The notes beneath the pieces are model-generated. The model was not told where the DNA came from, did no database searches, and worked only from the letters and a program-made list of their open reading frames with translations. Below, piece after piece: positions 23,963 to 37,900 of a stretch of 64,000 nt of DNA. The translations under genes were made by a program, and so were the position numbers. The stretch is from positions 2,730,001 through 2,794,000 of the forward strand of contig CM119372.1 in NCBI GenBank assembly GCA_051294905.1, given 5' to 3'. The DNA is from Botryllus schlosseri (Eukaryota). Position 1 is the first letter of the stretch. Every line of letters starts with the position of its first letter.

Positions 23963-26900
23963 ATGGCTTCTGACGATAGTGTGACTGGCTTTGATGACTG
24001 GCTCGAATTGAAGCTCGCTGAATTGGATGTGGATGCGGAAGTTTACGGTTCATATATTAAGGGTGTGTTGGAGGAAGAAAATTCTGATGATTTGAAGGAT
24101 GCACTTGAAGGCGTTCTGGCTGCATTGGTGGTGAGATTCAGTACTTTTTTTTTATCTCGATATCAGTCTATATATACGACATAGCATATAGTACTAGAGC
24201 ATCTGGCTTCTCAATTGTCTGAGGGTTAGAGCCCTGCCTGTGTCAAGCATGTAAAACTGGTACGCACAGCTTCAGTTCCGACATAATAGCATATGTAGAA
24301 TTTGTGATTTACTGATAACCTCGCGATTCTTTCGCATCGGAGGTTTGTCTGGGCTCCTCTTCCCCTGCCGACTGCCGGCGACAAAAAAAAAAGCCCAGAA
24401 AAAGACCCGACGAAAGAAAGCACTCACAAGGAATGGAAAAGAACTAGTAGAAAGGGCTTCAAAGAGATCAACATTGAAAAGAACTGTGACACCGGTCACT
24501 CTAGGCCGAGGTGGATGTTAGAGTAAAGGATCGCTGCTGATGCGTGTCGTTCTAGATCCTCCTATCTGTTCATGACATCGCATTGTGTCTTATCGCATTG
24601 GACATTGTGTGTGACTTGTTCAGATCAAAAATATAACCCAACCATGTTATGTTATGTTATGTTCTACACTGCTGTGTACCTACACTTGTAAGGGATTCGA
24701 ACCAGTAGGCTACCGTTAAGCCTAAGCTAGAGTGGAATTGGTAGCAACTTCGCACACAATTTTCTATTACATTTATTTATATTTTTAAATGTTTAATGGT
24801 GAAAATACCGACGATTAAAACTCTGAACACTCAACACTGTAGGTTAGAAATAGCCTACGGTTTTCTGCGCTGCGCAAATAATATACTGCTGTAACTTCCT
24901 TATTAAATAGACTTGATGACAGCTTACTTATGACACAAGCACAATCATCAGCAAATTAATAATTGTACCTATATTCCGAGCAACACAAATCAAGTGTTAG
25001 TGTCAGAATGAATGAAGAAGTCGTAGTAGCCCTATTAGCAAGTTGTAGCCTACTATAGTAGTAGCTTCCTAAAGCCAAAATTAGTCTCTGCATTGTATAA
25101 AAAAGACAAATGGCAGTGATGAGTCATCTGCAGAAGATATATATAGATAGATATACAATTTTCTTTCCAATTCCTCTAGTATAGGCATAGTGGCTGATGA
25201 TTACCTCTGACGAGGGTCAGCCAAAATGTCGGGGTTCATTTCGTTATAAATATATTGAAGTTCCACACGTCCAAGAAGCTTTTCAAGTAATTTACAATGG
25301 TTGCACTTGTGCATCGGAAAACAAAACACTAGCTTGTTTATACATTCCATTTGGTTTGCATTAATATGTTGGCAGAGTCACAAGTCTTAACAACTAGAAG
25401 TGGCATTTTCACAGATAGCATGATTCTAATTGCAATGTGCCGGTGGAGTATTATTTATTCGGCATTGGTTAGCCTATCGTATGTTTTTGAAGAATAAAGG
25501 GGTAGTGAGCAAAAAAGTTAGAGGAAGACCAGGTCTGGGCCTACTCGAATAATTTGCTTGTTGATATTCGATACAACATTCAATGATTCGGCCAAGCCAT
25601 TCCGATTATTTATTTGTCTGTGAAATTACTTAACTACTGCGAATATGTATATGTCTATTGGCTGTTCAAAATGTGCCAAACTGTAAATGCACTGATAATA
25701 AAAAATAAGTTGCAGCTTAAAGGTATGATACGACGTAGATACCTACTGCCCACATTGTTTGGAATAAGGTACGTATGGTATAAATATATATATATTTTTT
25801 GTATTACACAGGAAGATCCCGTTGATTTGTGTGAACAAGTATTGTCGAAATGGAAACCCTTCACAGAGCAAACGACAGAGGGAGGTACAGGAATATTTCT
25901 TGTTTAAAACCAACCTTCGTTACCCAAGACTTATTCTGCAAAATTATCATTCTACCCCTTGAGCTACTCATTTTGGACAGAGACACGATGCATAATGCGT
26001 ATCTTTTTAATGCAACTGAAATTGCTACTGCAGCGTAGCGTATTCTATGATTCCTTGTAACTATTGCCTATCACACATCTGACATGTCTAGTTCTATATA
26101 CTGGTGCTGCAGTGCTGTTCAACCATCTTTCTGTGAGGTGAACCGTATATCTCGTTCACCCTGTACTTAATAAAAAAATGGTGAGCAACTCCATGAAGAT
26201 CTGTGCACTGGTTGAAGAGCCGTGAACACTGCTATGTACTATATTTATCCATGCGAAATCAGCAAGTCAGTTTAACTCTTACGCTGCCAGTCTACAGCAC
26301 TTCTTGATCGGCTGATGAGCAATACACCACTTAATTTACTTCCTGATTTCTGACAGCGTTAATCGTAATTTTGTTAGCAAGTATTCATTGTAAATTTTGC
26401 AGTTCCATCCTGTCAGTGTTTTGTGTTCATATTATTTATTTCTAGGAGTGTCGCATTCGCCAGCTGGCTAATGGAATGCAATAGAAAGTTTACAATGTTC
26501 TGTACTGTGTTACTTGAGATTTCCGCGAGTGTGTAGGCCTGTCTCGTGTCATCGTATGTATTCAATTCATGTTATCTATGTGTGAATTTCAGCGGATTCG
26601 AAGAAAGACTCGATACAAGATATCATGGCGGCCCATTCCGCAAAACTACGAGTGGAGAAGCCGAACGTCGAGAAAACGCCGAACACTGATGCGGCTATGA
26701 AACGAGCTCTGCTCGATAAATACTCTGAGGTTTACGACGAGACGGAAGAAGATGGAGAAGTTCTTCAATGTGATAACAAAACTGTGAAATCTGTGGCTCC
26801 GGTCAAGTTAGGCTTGTTTCAAAATGTGAATATGAAGGCGGTTTCCGACACGGAGAAACAGAAGCGTGAGAAACAAAAGCAGGAACACCTCGACAAGAAG

Positions 26901-29900
26901 GAAAAGGATAAGGTGCGTCGGGGTGGGAGTGGGTAGCAACTAGGGCTGCGTGAATCGAGTATGTGAGCGATTTGATTTTATGCAACCACAGATGTTGTAA
27001 TGCCACCTCTACACCGGATAAAGATAATTATTTTCCGCTTGTATCTATTTCCTTGCACTTTGTTAAGATGCTGCTTGCACTTTGTTAAGATGCTGTGGGT
27101 TGGTCGCGACTTGGCAGATATGCCGTTTCCACTAACATGCGTAAATCAACACGGGGTTGTGCGAAAACAACTTTATTCCGGATTTCGGGGATTCATTGAT
27201 TAAATTGTTAGGTTGCCTAACAAAATGCTGCACACCAAATTTTGCTCGATTCCAACCGATAGATGTGAACGCATAGGAGTTTGAAAATTTTGAATTTATC
27301 ATGAAAATATATTTTTTTTTTATTACGAATTTTACTGTCAAACCCATGAAATTGTTGAGTTGTCTACAAAAACGATGTGAAACGAATATGACCTAATTTC
27401 AACCAGTAGAAGCGAAGTCATTTGAGGTTTTCATTCATAATTCTGGGACTGCCCACGAGCCCACCGTCCGGGCTTTTTTTCCGAACCCAAAATTTTCAGC
27501 TGCAATAACTTCGCTCTTACCAGTTGGAAGTGAGCAAAAACTGTTAAGCATCGTTCTTTTAGACAACTCTACAATTCCATGGGGTCGCCAGTGAAATTTG
27601 AAATTTGTTTTAATTTGTAAAGTCTTGTACGTTCTTGTACTCGGCAAACCCCCGGAATCCGGGAAAAAAAGTTATTTTCGAGCAATCCTACCCAACGGTT
27701 TAAATATCCGTATTAAAGTGCTGTCATTTCCGACATAATTTCAATCAACTCCTTGGCGATAATGGCGTGTCTTGATCGATTGTATAACAGGGTAGTCTTT
27801 CGTATGCTGCGAAACGACCAATCAAGGTTCCGAGGCTGCTGCAATGGTAAATGGTAGCCTATCAAAACTATAACACTGGCCAACAAAAAAAAAACTTCTT
27901 TTTGAGTGCCAAAGATATTTTAATGGTTTCTAGGTATGTTTGGGCTGCTGAGTTCGAAAATGACATCTGTTTCTCTGAATTGGCTCTACTTTTTGAGATA
28001 TCGATATTTTTTATTCATTTATTTATTATTTATTTTATTTAATCATTGTAAGTAGAAGACTTTGAATCACGCATATTCAGAATCTTATCGGTGATCTATC
28101 CCTCACTCTGAGGAAGTACCCAACTCATAGACAACTCATAGACATTTTACCGTACAAGAGAGAAAGAAATACTTCCGTATTTTAGCCAACTAGATGAACT
28201 TTTTACTGCAAAGACATCGAAGGGCTTTTACTGAAAATGGAGGTATATGATTGATTAGCGTGCTTTGACAGCGTACTAACTGAACTTTGAGCGTTACTGA
28301 ACGTAGTGTTTGGGCTTTGACGGCACCTGTTTTTGATTTACAATAATTTGTTGTTTACCGCTAATATCGCCTAATTTTTATAGTTTTTGCTTGATTTTCA
28401 CATGAAGCAGGTCTCCCTTGTAGATGGCTCTCTGCGTTGTTAACGATTGCGTCTTCAACGATATCGCTTCAGAAATAGAACATTATTGTATGCACACACT
28501 TTAAGAGACATATGTGAACTCATCGAAGTTGTTGTATAAATGTGAAATTTACCTATGCCAAAATTTGCGTAATTTGAGCACTTTTCCAGACAAAAATTTG
28601 GAATATCTCGAAGAATAGGGTCTATTCCAACGGTTCTCAGCCGGGGGTCCGCGAAGCAATTTCAGGGGGTCCGCGAGACCTCTCAATTTGCAAATTGACT
28701 GAAAACCTAATTTGCAAGTTTTTTTAAATTCGGGAGAGCTCCAAAACAGCGAAAACCTCATGACTCATATCCTCAAAATAATCGTCTGACATGAAATATC
28801 CTACTGTGCAGATTCATTTTAATTGCCTAATTGCCAATACCCTACTCCAGGGGTGACCAACCTGCGGCCGTAGAAGGAAATTTGAGCGGCCGTGGACATG
28901 TATTTCAATTAGTACGTGTTGGTAGCCGTCGCCTGAAAATTTAATTTACGAATTGACTACAGAATTTTTTAAGACATTTTATTCAACCTTGGAATTCTTT
29001 TTCGCGATGGGCGCGATTCAATGCAACTTCATTTTTTGATGTTAATGTAGTATCGCCCTTTGCAATCTGAGCGCCGCAGTACAGATGTGAACAGTAGAGG
29101 AAAACGATGCGCCTCATTTAGAAATACCAACTTTGAATCGTGTCTTCAGTCTTCACCACGAAAAAAGTTGTTTCTGGAGCGGTTGGGCGATTTCAGTATA
29201 TTTCCACTATACCGATAATCCTGATGGGAGGTCAAGAAATAACAGCATGCAAAAAAGGGACTAATAACAATCATCCCACCCGAAGATACATCATCATTTA
29301 TAACTTGCTCTGAATTTTCGAAAACAGGCCCTCCATCAACTCTATACCGGGGAATCTGATCACATGGGATGAAAAAGGATAAATATTTGATAGGAATATG
29401 CAAAACTACAAATAATAATGACGAAATTCATTTGCGAATCTGAAAAATTTTCGCGACCATCACGTTTCCGTGAAACGAGTCATATCATGACCGCTTACCA
29501 TTTCGGTGCGCACTGCGCATAGTAATCCTATGAATATTTAGATTAGTCTGAAGCTTACCGAAAATGGACATGTACAGTTTAAAATGGGTATTTGACGGCC
29601 AGTTTGTTCATTACGAGCTATGTGCCCTGAAATGCGGCCGTATGCTACATGCCTAATCGAAATGCGGCCGTGAATAGCAAAAAGGTTGGCCATTCCTATA
29701 CCGTACTGATACAAGCATATCGCTGTTTTGAGACGTTTTGTTGGGTTTGTTGAAAAATATAAATATGGAAATAGTAAGGTCAATCAGGGTGACTTCGTAA
29801 TGTTTGTGAAACCTTTTCGATTAGAAGTTGTCAGTCTCATCAAATTGGTGAACAGTCGTTTGAAATGAAAATTCCTGAAGTTTTTTCCCTATTTTTCCCG

Positions 29901-30968
29901 ATGAAGGAATTGAGACCTCACCACGAAATCCATTTCATCCTGTGGTATACATAACCACTATTCTAGAATAACTTCAAATTGCGATGCTAGATAAAAAATG
30001 ACTAGGCTGGACGTGATATGTTCATTGTTCATTCAAATGATCTTCATTTCGGTACCATAAATGTTGCGATCACACCAAAATTGTCGTCGGAAGCGTTTTG
30101 TGGGAAAGGGATTTTCGGCACTCGTTCATATCAAATTGAAATCGCGGATTTCCAAGAAACGAACGAACATCAAGTAGCCTACTTCAAGAAATACAGCAGC
30201 AAAATTAGCTTTGAAATATTGAAAGTCTACCTAATTTCTACATAAATAGTATGATGTTATTTTCAGGAAAAGTCATTTTGTTGCTGTTTATCACAATCAC
30301 AATCAGTTCATATATGCACAAGAGATCACGGCTGCACCATAATTGGGCTAAATTTGAACCAAACTTCCAGGGGGTCCGCGGGGGTCCGTGACGGTCAAAA
30401 AGGGGTCCGCGAAGCCAAAAAGGTTGAGAACCACTGGTCTATTCAGAAAAACTAATGTCATTTTCGGATTCAGCGACATCAGAATGCCCTAAAACCGTAG
30501 CATACAAAGATCCGTAGCATACAAAGAGAATTTTACCTATGTCACAATTTGCGTATTTTTAGCACTTTTCGAACCAAAAATATGGAATATTTAAAAAAAA
30601 TCGAGCCAATTCAGAAAAACTAATATCATTTTTGGATTCAGCGACCTAAAAATACCCTCCACTGTTGAATCTTTCTTGGCACCAAAATGTGTGTTGACCA
30701 GTGTAATTTTCGTTGATAAATTATTTCTAAATGGCAAAAGTGCATAAGTTTGATACTCGAAAAAATCAATCTCTCCCTACTCGATTTGGCCATTGTCATT
30801 AACACCTGATTCAGATCCCACTTCTCGAATCATTGTGCTCAGCAGTCCTAGTCCTAGTAAAAAACTCTCGTTTTTCAGATGGACAGAGAGAAGCAGAAAC
30901 TGAAAAAGGAAGAGAGGAAAGAGAAAGAGAAAAAGAGAACCCAGAAGAAGGAGAGATCCGGAAGGTAG
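23963..30968 (+). CDS. CCDC43: Coiled-coil domain-containing protein 43; exons 23963-24130, 25812-25884, 26593-26912, 30879-30968 (216 aa)
   Basis: All introns are GT-AG and in phase. FDDWLELKLAELDVDAEVYGSYIKGVL..DALEGVL / KRALLDKY / LFQNVN / ERKEKEKKRTQKKER match recalled CCDC43 motifs. AATAAA at ~31508. Confidence 0.92.
24330..24663 (+). mobile_element. Retroelement (LINE/SINE) 3' end with (ATGTT)n tail in CCDC43 intron 1
   Basis: CATTGTGTGTGACTTGTTCAGATC..ACCATGTTATGTTATGTTATGTT. Reverse-strand copies at ~19120-19205, ~32392-32455 and ~61650-61700. Confidence 0.65.
27874..30703 (+). mobile_element. CMC-Chapaev3-like non-autonomous element in CCDC43 intron 3, with nested hAT MITEs
   Basis: CACTGGCCAACA...TGTTGACCAGTG with TAA TSD. 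Transposase-like scrap FYRTREKEILPYFSQLDEL/YCKDIEGLLLKM at ~28145-28240. Confidence 0.75.
28628..30436. mobile_element. hAT-Charlie MITE containing another hAT MITE (~28848-29697)
   Basis: Exact TSD GTCTATTC; reverse-oriented relative of 9908-10795. Inner element CAGGGGTGACCAACC...GGTTGGCCATTCCT. Confidence 0.85.
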
Positions 30969-32489
30969 TCTTCGGAAAGTTTTTGGCGCCCCGCGACCAC
31001 GAGATCTTGTACATCTTGCCGCCTAGAAAATGTGCTTTTTTGGAAAGCAGTCCGTTGCCGCCATCTTGTTGCTTTGATCATCTTTAGAATGTCCTCATTT
31101 CTAGGAAATTTATCTCGACACTGAAATCGCAAATTCCAGTACTCGATCATTCTGCCCGGCCAAAACTACTACTATGGTATGCATGGCCTTGCGAATCGCT
31201 AAGTATAGGCCCTATCGGTTTTGTGTTCTTTCATACTCCTTAGGTGAATTGTATGATCAACTCTGGCTACCGTTGATTGGTGGTGGACGGTTTATGTACC
31301 TCAAACATTTGTATATATTCGTTGTTCATGCCATATCCGCCTATCGCAGGATTACGTGAAAGCTGATTTTTCAATTGCAGTCTCTTGAGCACGATAATTT
31401 TGTATAGTAATGAATGAATTTTAGGCCAATTGCTTACATCCAACTGTCCGACGTGTGTTGACGCTCATAGCATCACACGATATCTGAAATTTACAAATTT
31501 TTGTTCGAATAAATATGTTTTGATCTGACGTTGGTTTCGACGACTCCAGTCAACAGGCGTGTATGAACGCGACCAGGGATGGAAATAGTGTATCTGAGAG
31601 AATCAATTGCGAAATTTCGAGTCAAGCATTCGAGCACCACCCATTTCTAGGGCTGATTTTTTTCGAGTACTGAACTAATACGCTCACTATCAACCAGAGT
31701 TATACTTCCAAAACTGTTTTCCACAGTTGGAAGCTGTAAACCTGGATTAGTCGTATCGCGGTGTGCGATACAAAGCTACCTGCGCACGGTAGTGGAAATG
31801 GCATGTCTGCGAATGTGATCAACTCGCACCATGATCGCAGAGCGCAAATAAATTGGTGCGGTCGATGAATAGCATATAATCTCTAACATGATGTAAAACT
31901 GGCATTACTTCTTTGTAGTCTCATAAAAGTTACAGGATTGAACTGTTCTGTTCATATCATTCATACGTAGGGTTACCATAAGAGGATTTGTCCTTGTTTT
32001 TTCTATAAATTGAGTGTCCTCGGAGGACGCCTACATGTCCTCTTTTTGGGGAATTTGTCCTCTTATACTGCTTCGGTTTATTAGTTTATCAGTTCAATAC
32101 ACCACAAATCTGCGATACAATGAAAAGATAGGTGAGTGTCGAAAGGACTTTGGGTAGTCTTTGGAATCAGACACCCAACTGAGCTTAGGCCAGGGCTGGG
32201 CAACATACGGCCGTAGCAGGAAATTTGTGCGGCCGTGAGCACGTAATTCAATTAGTAGGTGTTGGCGGTCGTTGACTTGAAAATTGAAATCCTGAAATTT
32301 TCGTCGCGCCAGGCGAGGTTCAATGCGACTTCATTTTTCGATTTTAATATAGTAGCGCCCTTTGCAATCTGAGCCTCGGAGTACAGATGCGAACATAACA
32401 TGGTTGGGATATATTTTTGATCTGAACAAGTCACACACAATGTACAATGCGAACAGCGAAGGAAAATAGAAATACCTACTTGGAACCGT

Positions 32490-34423
32490 GTAGGGGAGAT
32501 GTGGTACCGATGAATCACTGGGACCGAAAATACTTGAACAATTCTCCATGATAATTCCATGATTACACTCCGTGAATTTGTCTGCAAGTACATGCTGGCA
32601 GAATCTTTCCTCACATGCTAAAAAATTCGACTTGCGTGAGTAATGGGGTCTGTGACGAATGATTTACGTTTTAGGGGGTGTACAGTAAATTTGGATCGAC
32701 ATTTGCATTTTTCTATATCACCTTTCAGACTAACAAACCCCCCATAATTTTTGATGTGAAGTATAGGGCTTGTATCAGTGTACATAATGGCACATATATT
32801 TTGAATCAATACCATCCTTGAGTGGACTATTTTCAAGTCAATTACAATATTTATGGGGTGGGGGACCAATGGTACCATAGCCAAATCAAGCAAAATAGAT
32901 GGACCAACTAATCACTTATCATCAAAAACTCGCCTACATATATATAGGCTGTAAATCATAGTTACCTGCGGTGTTTTATCGCTATTACGAGGTATTTGAA
33001 AGTCAAAATGTCGATTTGCGGGTAATATGTATCTGGCATTAATTTTGTAAGTTTGGGCGTAAATCAAAACATGATTTTATGCCAACATTTGAGTTGATAA
33101 AATCTATTTTATTTTTGAAAGTTGCGACGAAACATTCTTCATTGGCTTGCTGTAGCTTAGATTATAGTAGGGGAGATGTGGTACCGATGGATCAAAAATT
33201 GGAAAATGATCGCTGGCCCCAAAATGTTCCGCCGAAAACAGCAGATCTTCTGCTGGCTCAGCACTTTGATACAAGCTCTACCTATCGCGCACATATACAT
33301 GAATATCCGTCTTTTCAAAAAATATTTATGGACGTTCAAAATTTGTTGCTCGAACGTATCATCGGTCCCCACCCGGTGGGTCCAATGGCACACAACCCGG
33401 GGACCTATGAGACATATACTCTCAGAAACTCAGATGTGACAATTTTTCTTGCTCATTTTTATATATTCTAAGCTACAGCAAGCCAAAAAAGAATGTTTGG
33501 TCGCAACCGTCAAAAAATATAATAAATATTAACACAAATGTTGCCATAAAATCACGTTTCGATTTAGGCTCGAACTTATAAATTTGAGGGTATATACATA
33601 TTGCCCGAAAATCGACAGTATGACTTCCAAATACCTAGTTATAGCGATAAAACATAATATGCAATTATTACATTAAGAGTTTCTGTACGTAGGCCTGTTT
33701 CAGTTGTTTCATGACTAGTATGCTTGATTATTTCGCTTGATTTGGCTATTGTATCATCGGTCCCCACCCTACGAATTTTACACATGAATCGAAAAAAATT
33801 CCACTCAAGGAAGGTATTGAAAAAAATAATAGGTGCCATTATATAGCCTGATACAAGCTCTACACTTCACATTAAAAATGATTGCTTGTTTTTTCGTGTT
33901 GAAGATTACAAATAAAAATGTATATGTCAATCTAAATTTAGTTTACACCCCCCAAAACAGAAAACATTTGTCAAAGACCTCATAGTTCGTGCACGTCGAA
34001 ATTTTTTGTATGTGGGGAAAAATTTTGCCATTATGCAATTGTAGACAAGTTCACGGAGTTTAATCATGGAAGTATCATAGAGAATTTTAAAAGTATTTTC
34101 GGTCCCAGTGATCTATCGGTACCACATCTCCCCTACACAACAAAACAAGTTAACAATTTTGAGTTTTTGAGCGTATGTCTCATAGGTCCCATGGTCGTGT
34201 GCCTTTGGACCCACCGGGTGGGGACCGATGACACGTTCGAGCAACAACTTTTAAACGTTTATAACTATTTTTGGAAAAGGCGGATATTCATGTACATGTC
34301 TGCGATAGGTGGAGCTTGTATCGAAGTGTTGAGACAGCAAAAGATCTGCTATTCTCGGCTGAAGATTTGGGGGCCAGATATCATTTTGCAATTTTTGATC
34401 CATCGGTATCACATCTCCCCTAC
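32490..34423. mobile_element. ~965-bp TIR element (GTAGGGGAGATGTGGTACCGAT ends) with a second copy inserted inverted inside it (33167-34136)
   Basis: Four termini in the order A,B,A',B'. The outer halves (~677+287 bp) rejoin to match the reverse complement of the inner copy. Confidence 0.75.
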
Positions 34424-34794
34424 TCATCACGAAATATATTTGTTTCTGGGACGTTTGGGAGATTGAAGCGGTGCAATAAAAATTCAATAAAAAGGAGCAA
34501 GCATATCGCAAGCATACGAGTAGGTTACCGCAGGGATATCTAGTTTCCAGATATCCCTGGGTTACCGTTACAGGGTGTGATTTATGCTGCTCACAAGGTA
34601 AACTGCTAGTAAGAAAAATGTTGTATTTCCTTCCTATCAGGTACATGATTTTAGCTAGAGCAGGGGTTCTCAAAGTGTGGGCCATGGCCCACTGGTGCGC
34701 TACAAGAGCATTTGGGGTGGGCCACAGAGCTATTTGGAAAATTTCAGAAATAATGTAAGTTTAGTAATATTTGTTTTGTTAATCGCTTAAAAAT
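33234..34794 (+). repeat. Left copy of the 1,561-bp direct duplication flanking the LINE
   Basis: Matches 39996-41556 at a constant offset of 6762; identical ORF translations. Confidence 0.95.
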
Positions 34795-34926
34795 TATTAT
34801 TATTATTATAGATGGTAAAAAATGGAAGTGGCGCATATCACCGATAAAGGTCTGGTGCATCACGTGCAAGGTTAATCGTAAAGAATAGTCAATTCAGGAC
34901 AAATACAAATGAAAAGGTTGAGAAAA

Positions 34927-37900
34927 TCATAGCAATATGTTACAAGAATCCACAAATTCGATGACAGCCGTAAAAAGTAGCGGGTTAACTAAAAGGTTAT
35001 AAGTACTGAACGCAAGATGTAGTCCCTCACAATAGTGTTTTACCGTGCGTCTATGGTGAGCGTATTTACAACATGACAAAAGAAAATGTTCGACGGTGTC
35101 TGGTACGAAACAGAAATCACATAAAGGAGAGTCAATACACCCAATTTTAAACAGATGCACATTCAGCCGGCAATGACCGGAACGAAGGCGAAACAAAATA
35201 TTCTCATGCCGGCGCGATATTCCATCTGACGATATTCGGTCGAATATGGAAGTTTGAAAAACTCGATAGTGACATCCTTTTTCATTGTTTCTGTATTCCG
35301 TGTCCCATCGCGATCGGATGGACTTCCGAATCGCGCTTTTCGCATCTGAAAACTGAATCGTTGGTGACCAAAGAGGTGGAGGTTGAGAGGCTGCTGTCCG
35401 CGCTAATTCATCCGCAATTTCATTTCCGTAAATGCCGCTGTGACTGGGTATCCAGCTGATGGCTACGTCGATGCCTGCCCGTTTGATCTGTTCAAGATAA
35501 GGATACATTGCATTAAGGATATGACTAGGCATGTCTAGCGGCTCGCCAATGGTCTGTATTGCGCTGAGGCAATCACTAAGTATGACGAATTTGTCTGTGC
35601 TCAAGCCGTTCTCTATTATCCATGAAAGTGCATACATGATCGCATCCAATTCAACAGTAATTACCGACTTCAATGGTGAGCAAGTTTGCGAATATTTCAT
35701 TAGCTTCTGGGGTATGTAAACACCGTAACCAGTGGCAGTGGACGTTTTTGAGCCGTCTGTGTATACTTCAATATATTGGTCACAGACTTCGAACAGAAAG
35801 TCTTTGAAGATAGAATTTACTTTATGTGGGGTATCCAGTCTGGATATCACGCCACACAGTTGCGTGTGGACGTTTAGTGGGCTAACCGACCACGGCTCTC
35901 GAAAAGTAGGATAGCGCTGGCGAACACTGAATTCCGCCAAGATTGGCGACTTGGAAACTATATTGAACGTGACGAAATTCGGCTTAGTGAGACTGTATAT
36001 TTCTTCCCATGAATCCTCTAATAGTCCTAACGTCGGGTGGGATCCGGGTGGATGTCTAAGAAGATGACAACGGTATACGCAACAAAGATACTTATGCCTC
36101 AAATGGAGAGGAAACTCATTACAAGAGGCCTCAAGTACGCAAATAGGTGTACTGCGCATGGCGCCGCAGCAGAGACGTAAAGCCTGGTTCTGGACGACTT
36201 CGATTTTGTTGATGTGGCACTTAGGGGCAAAAAAATACGCTGGCATCCCATAATCTACGACGGATCGTATAACTGACCTGTATAGGCGGAGGAGAGATCT
36301 CCTGTTCGCACCCCAATTAGTGCTTGTCAATGCACGGAGTATGTTTAATCGTTGACAGCATTTCTTGACGATGTTTGTTATGTGATCCTTGTATGACAAG
36401 GTCTTGTCGAATGTAACCCCCAAGTATTTAAAACTGTTAACGAGCTCAATTCTGTGATTTTCGATCGTCAACGATATTTCTGGAATATTACGTTTCTTAC
36501 TAAAAACCAAGGCAACCGATTTGCTTTTTGAGAGAGTAAACCCCCATTGATCACACCATTTCTGGACTGTATCGAGAGAGGTCTGAAGGGATGATACAAG
36601 AGAGGGTATTGAGAGTCCACTTTCCCAGATTGCGGAATCGTCTGCGTAGAGGCCAATCTGGCTGGGTATCAAAGGTGGCAAGTCGTTGAGCATGACAGTG
36701 AAAAGCAAAGGACTAAGAACACTACCTTGTGGAATTCCGTTTTCTAGGTGGCCGGTGTCCGATAATGAGACCCCTACTCTAACCTGGAAGGTTCGGCCGT
36801 TGAGAAAGTTTGCTATCCACTTCAACATTCTACCTCTAATGCCAAGTTGCGAAAGCTTGTGTAATAATCCGCTACGCCACACCATGTCATACGCGCGCTC
36901 GAAATCCAAAAACACGGCCACTGTTGAACGCTGGTTATTTATCGCTTTGTAAGCTGTATCATGCATTCGCATGATGTGATCGAGGGTGCTACGTCCTTCC
37001 CGGAAACCAGATTGAGAATGATGGAGCAGACTTTGTGATTCTAGGAACCAACGCAATCTGCGGGCAATCATTACTTCGAACACTTTCGACAGATGGCTCG
37101 TAAGCGATATTGGACGGTAAGATGTTGGGTCAGACGTATCCTTTCCGGGCTTCAGTATCGGAATAACGATAGAGTGTTTCCAATCACGAGGAATCTGACC
37201 TTTTATCCAGGATTTATTGAACAGATTCAGTAGCCGCGACGTGGCAAAGCGAGACAAGTTCTTCAGCATGGCGTAACATATCGAATCCTCTCCCGGGCAC
37301 GAGTCCCTACGGCTATGCACCGCAGAACGTAGTTCGGCGAGGCTGAAAGGCATGTTGATTGCAAGTTCGTTACCACTTTCGAATCCTGGAATGATATCAT
37401 TGCTTCTCATGAACTCCAACTGATTAGATTGGAATGTTGAGGAGTAATTATGATTGCTAGAGACGTCGGAAAACACTGATGAGAAAATTTGTGCTTTAGA
37501 TCTGTCGTCATGGTAACTGTTGTCCCCGGAGTACATCGTCGGCATGGTTCGAAGTGACGTGGAACCGGACATGGCTGCAATTGTTTTCCAAATCCTAGAA
37601 GAGCTCGTTTTCTGATTTACCGAATCACAGAAAGCCTCCCAGCATTTTCGTTTAGCTGATAATATTACTTTGCGGCATTCTGATCGCATTTTCTTGAAAT
37701 TTATCACCTCTGTCATGGCAAACGTTCTCTTCATTTTTTGAAAGGCGGCTTTTTTGCGGCGTACTGCGCGGGCACAGTCTTCGTTCCACCATGGGACTGG
37801 TATCTTAGTAGAAGCGCGCGATCGAGGTATTGAAATTTTTGCTGCCATTTTCAGACAATTTGCAATCTCGCTGTTAAGTTGTTCCACATCACCTGAACTA

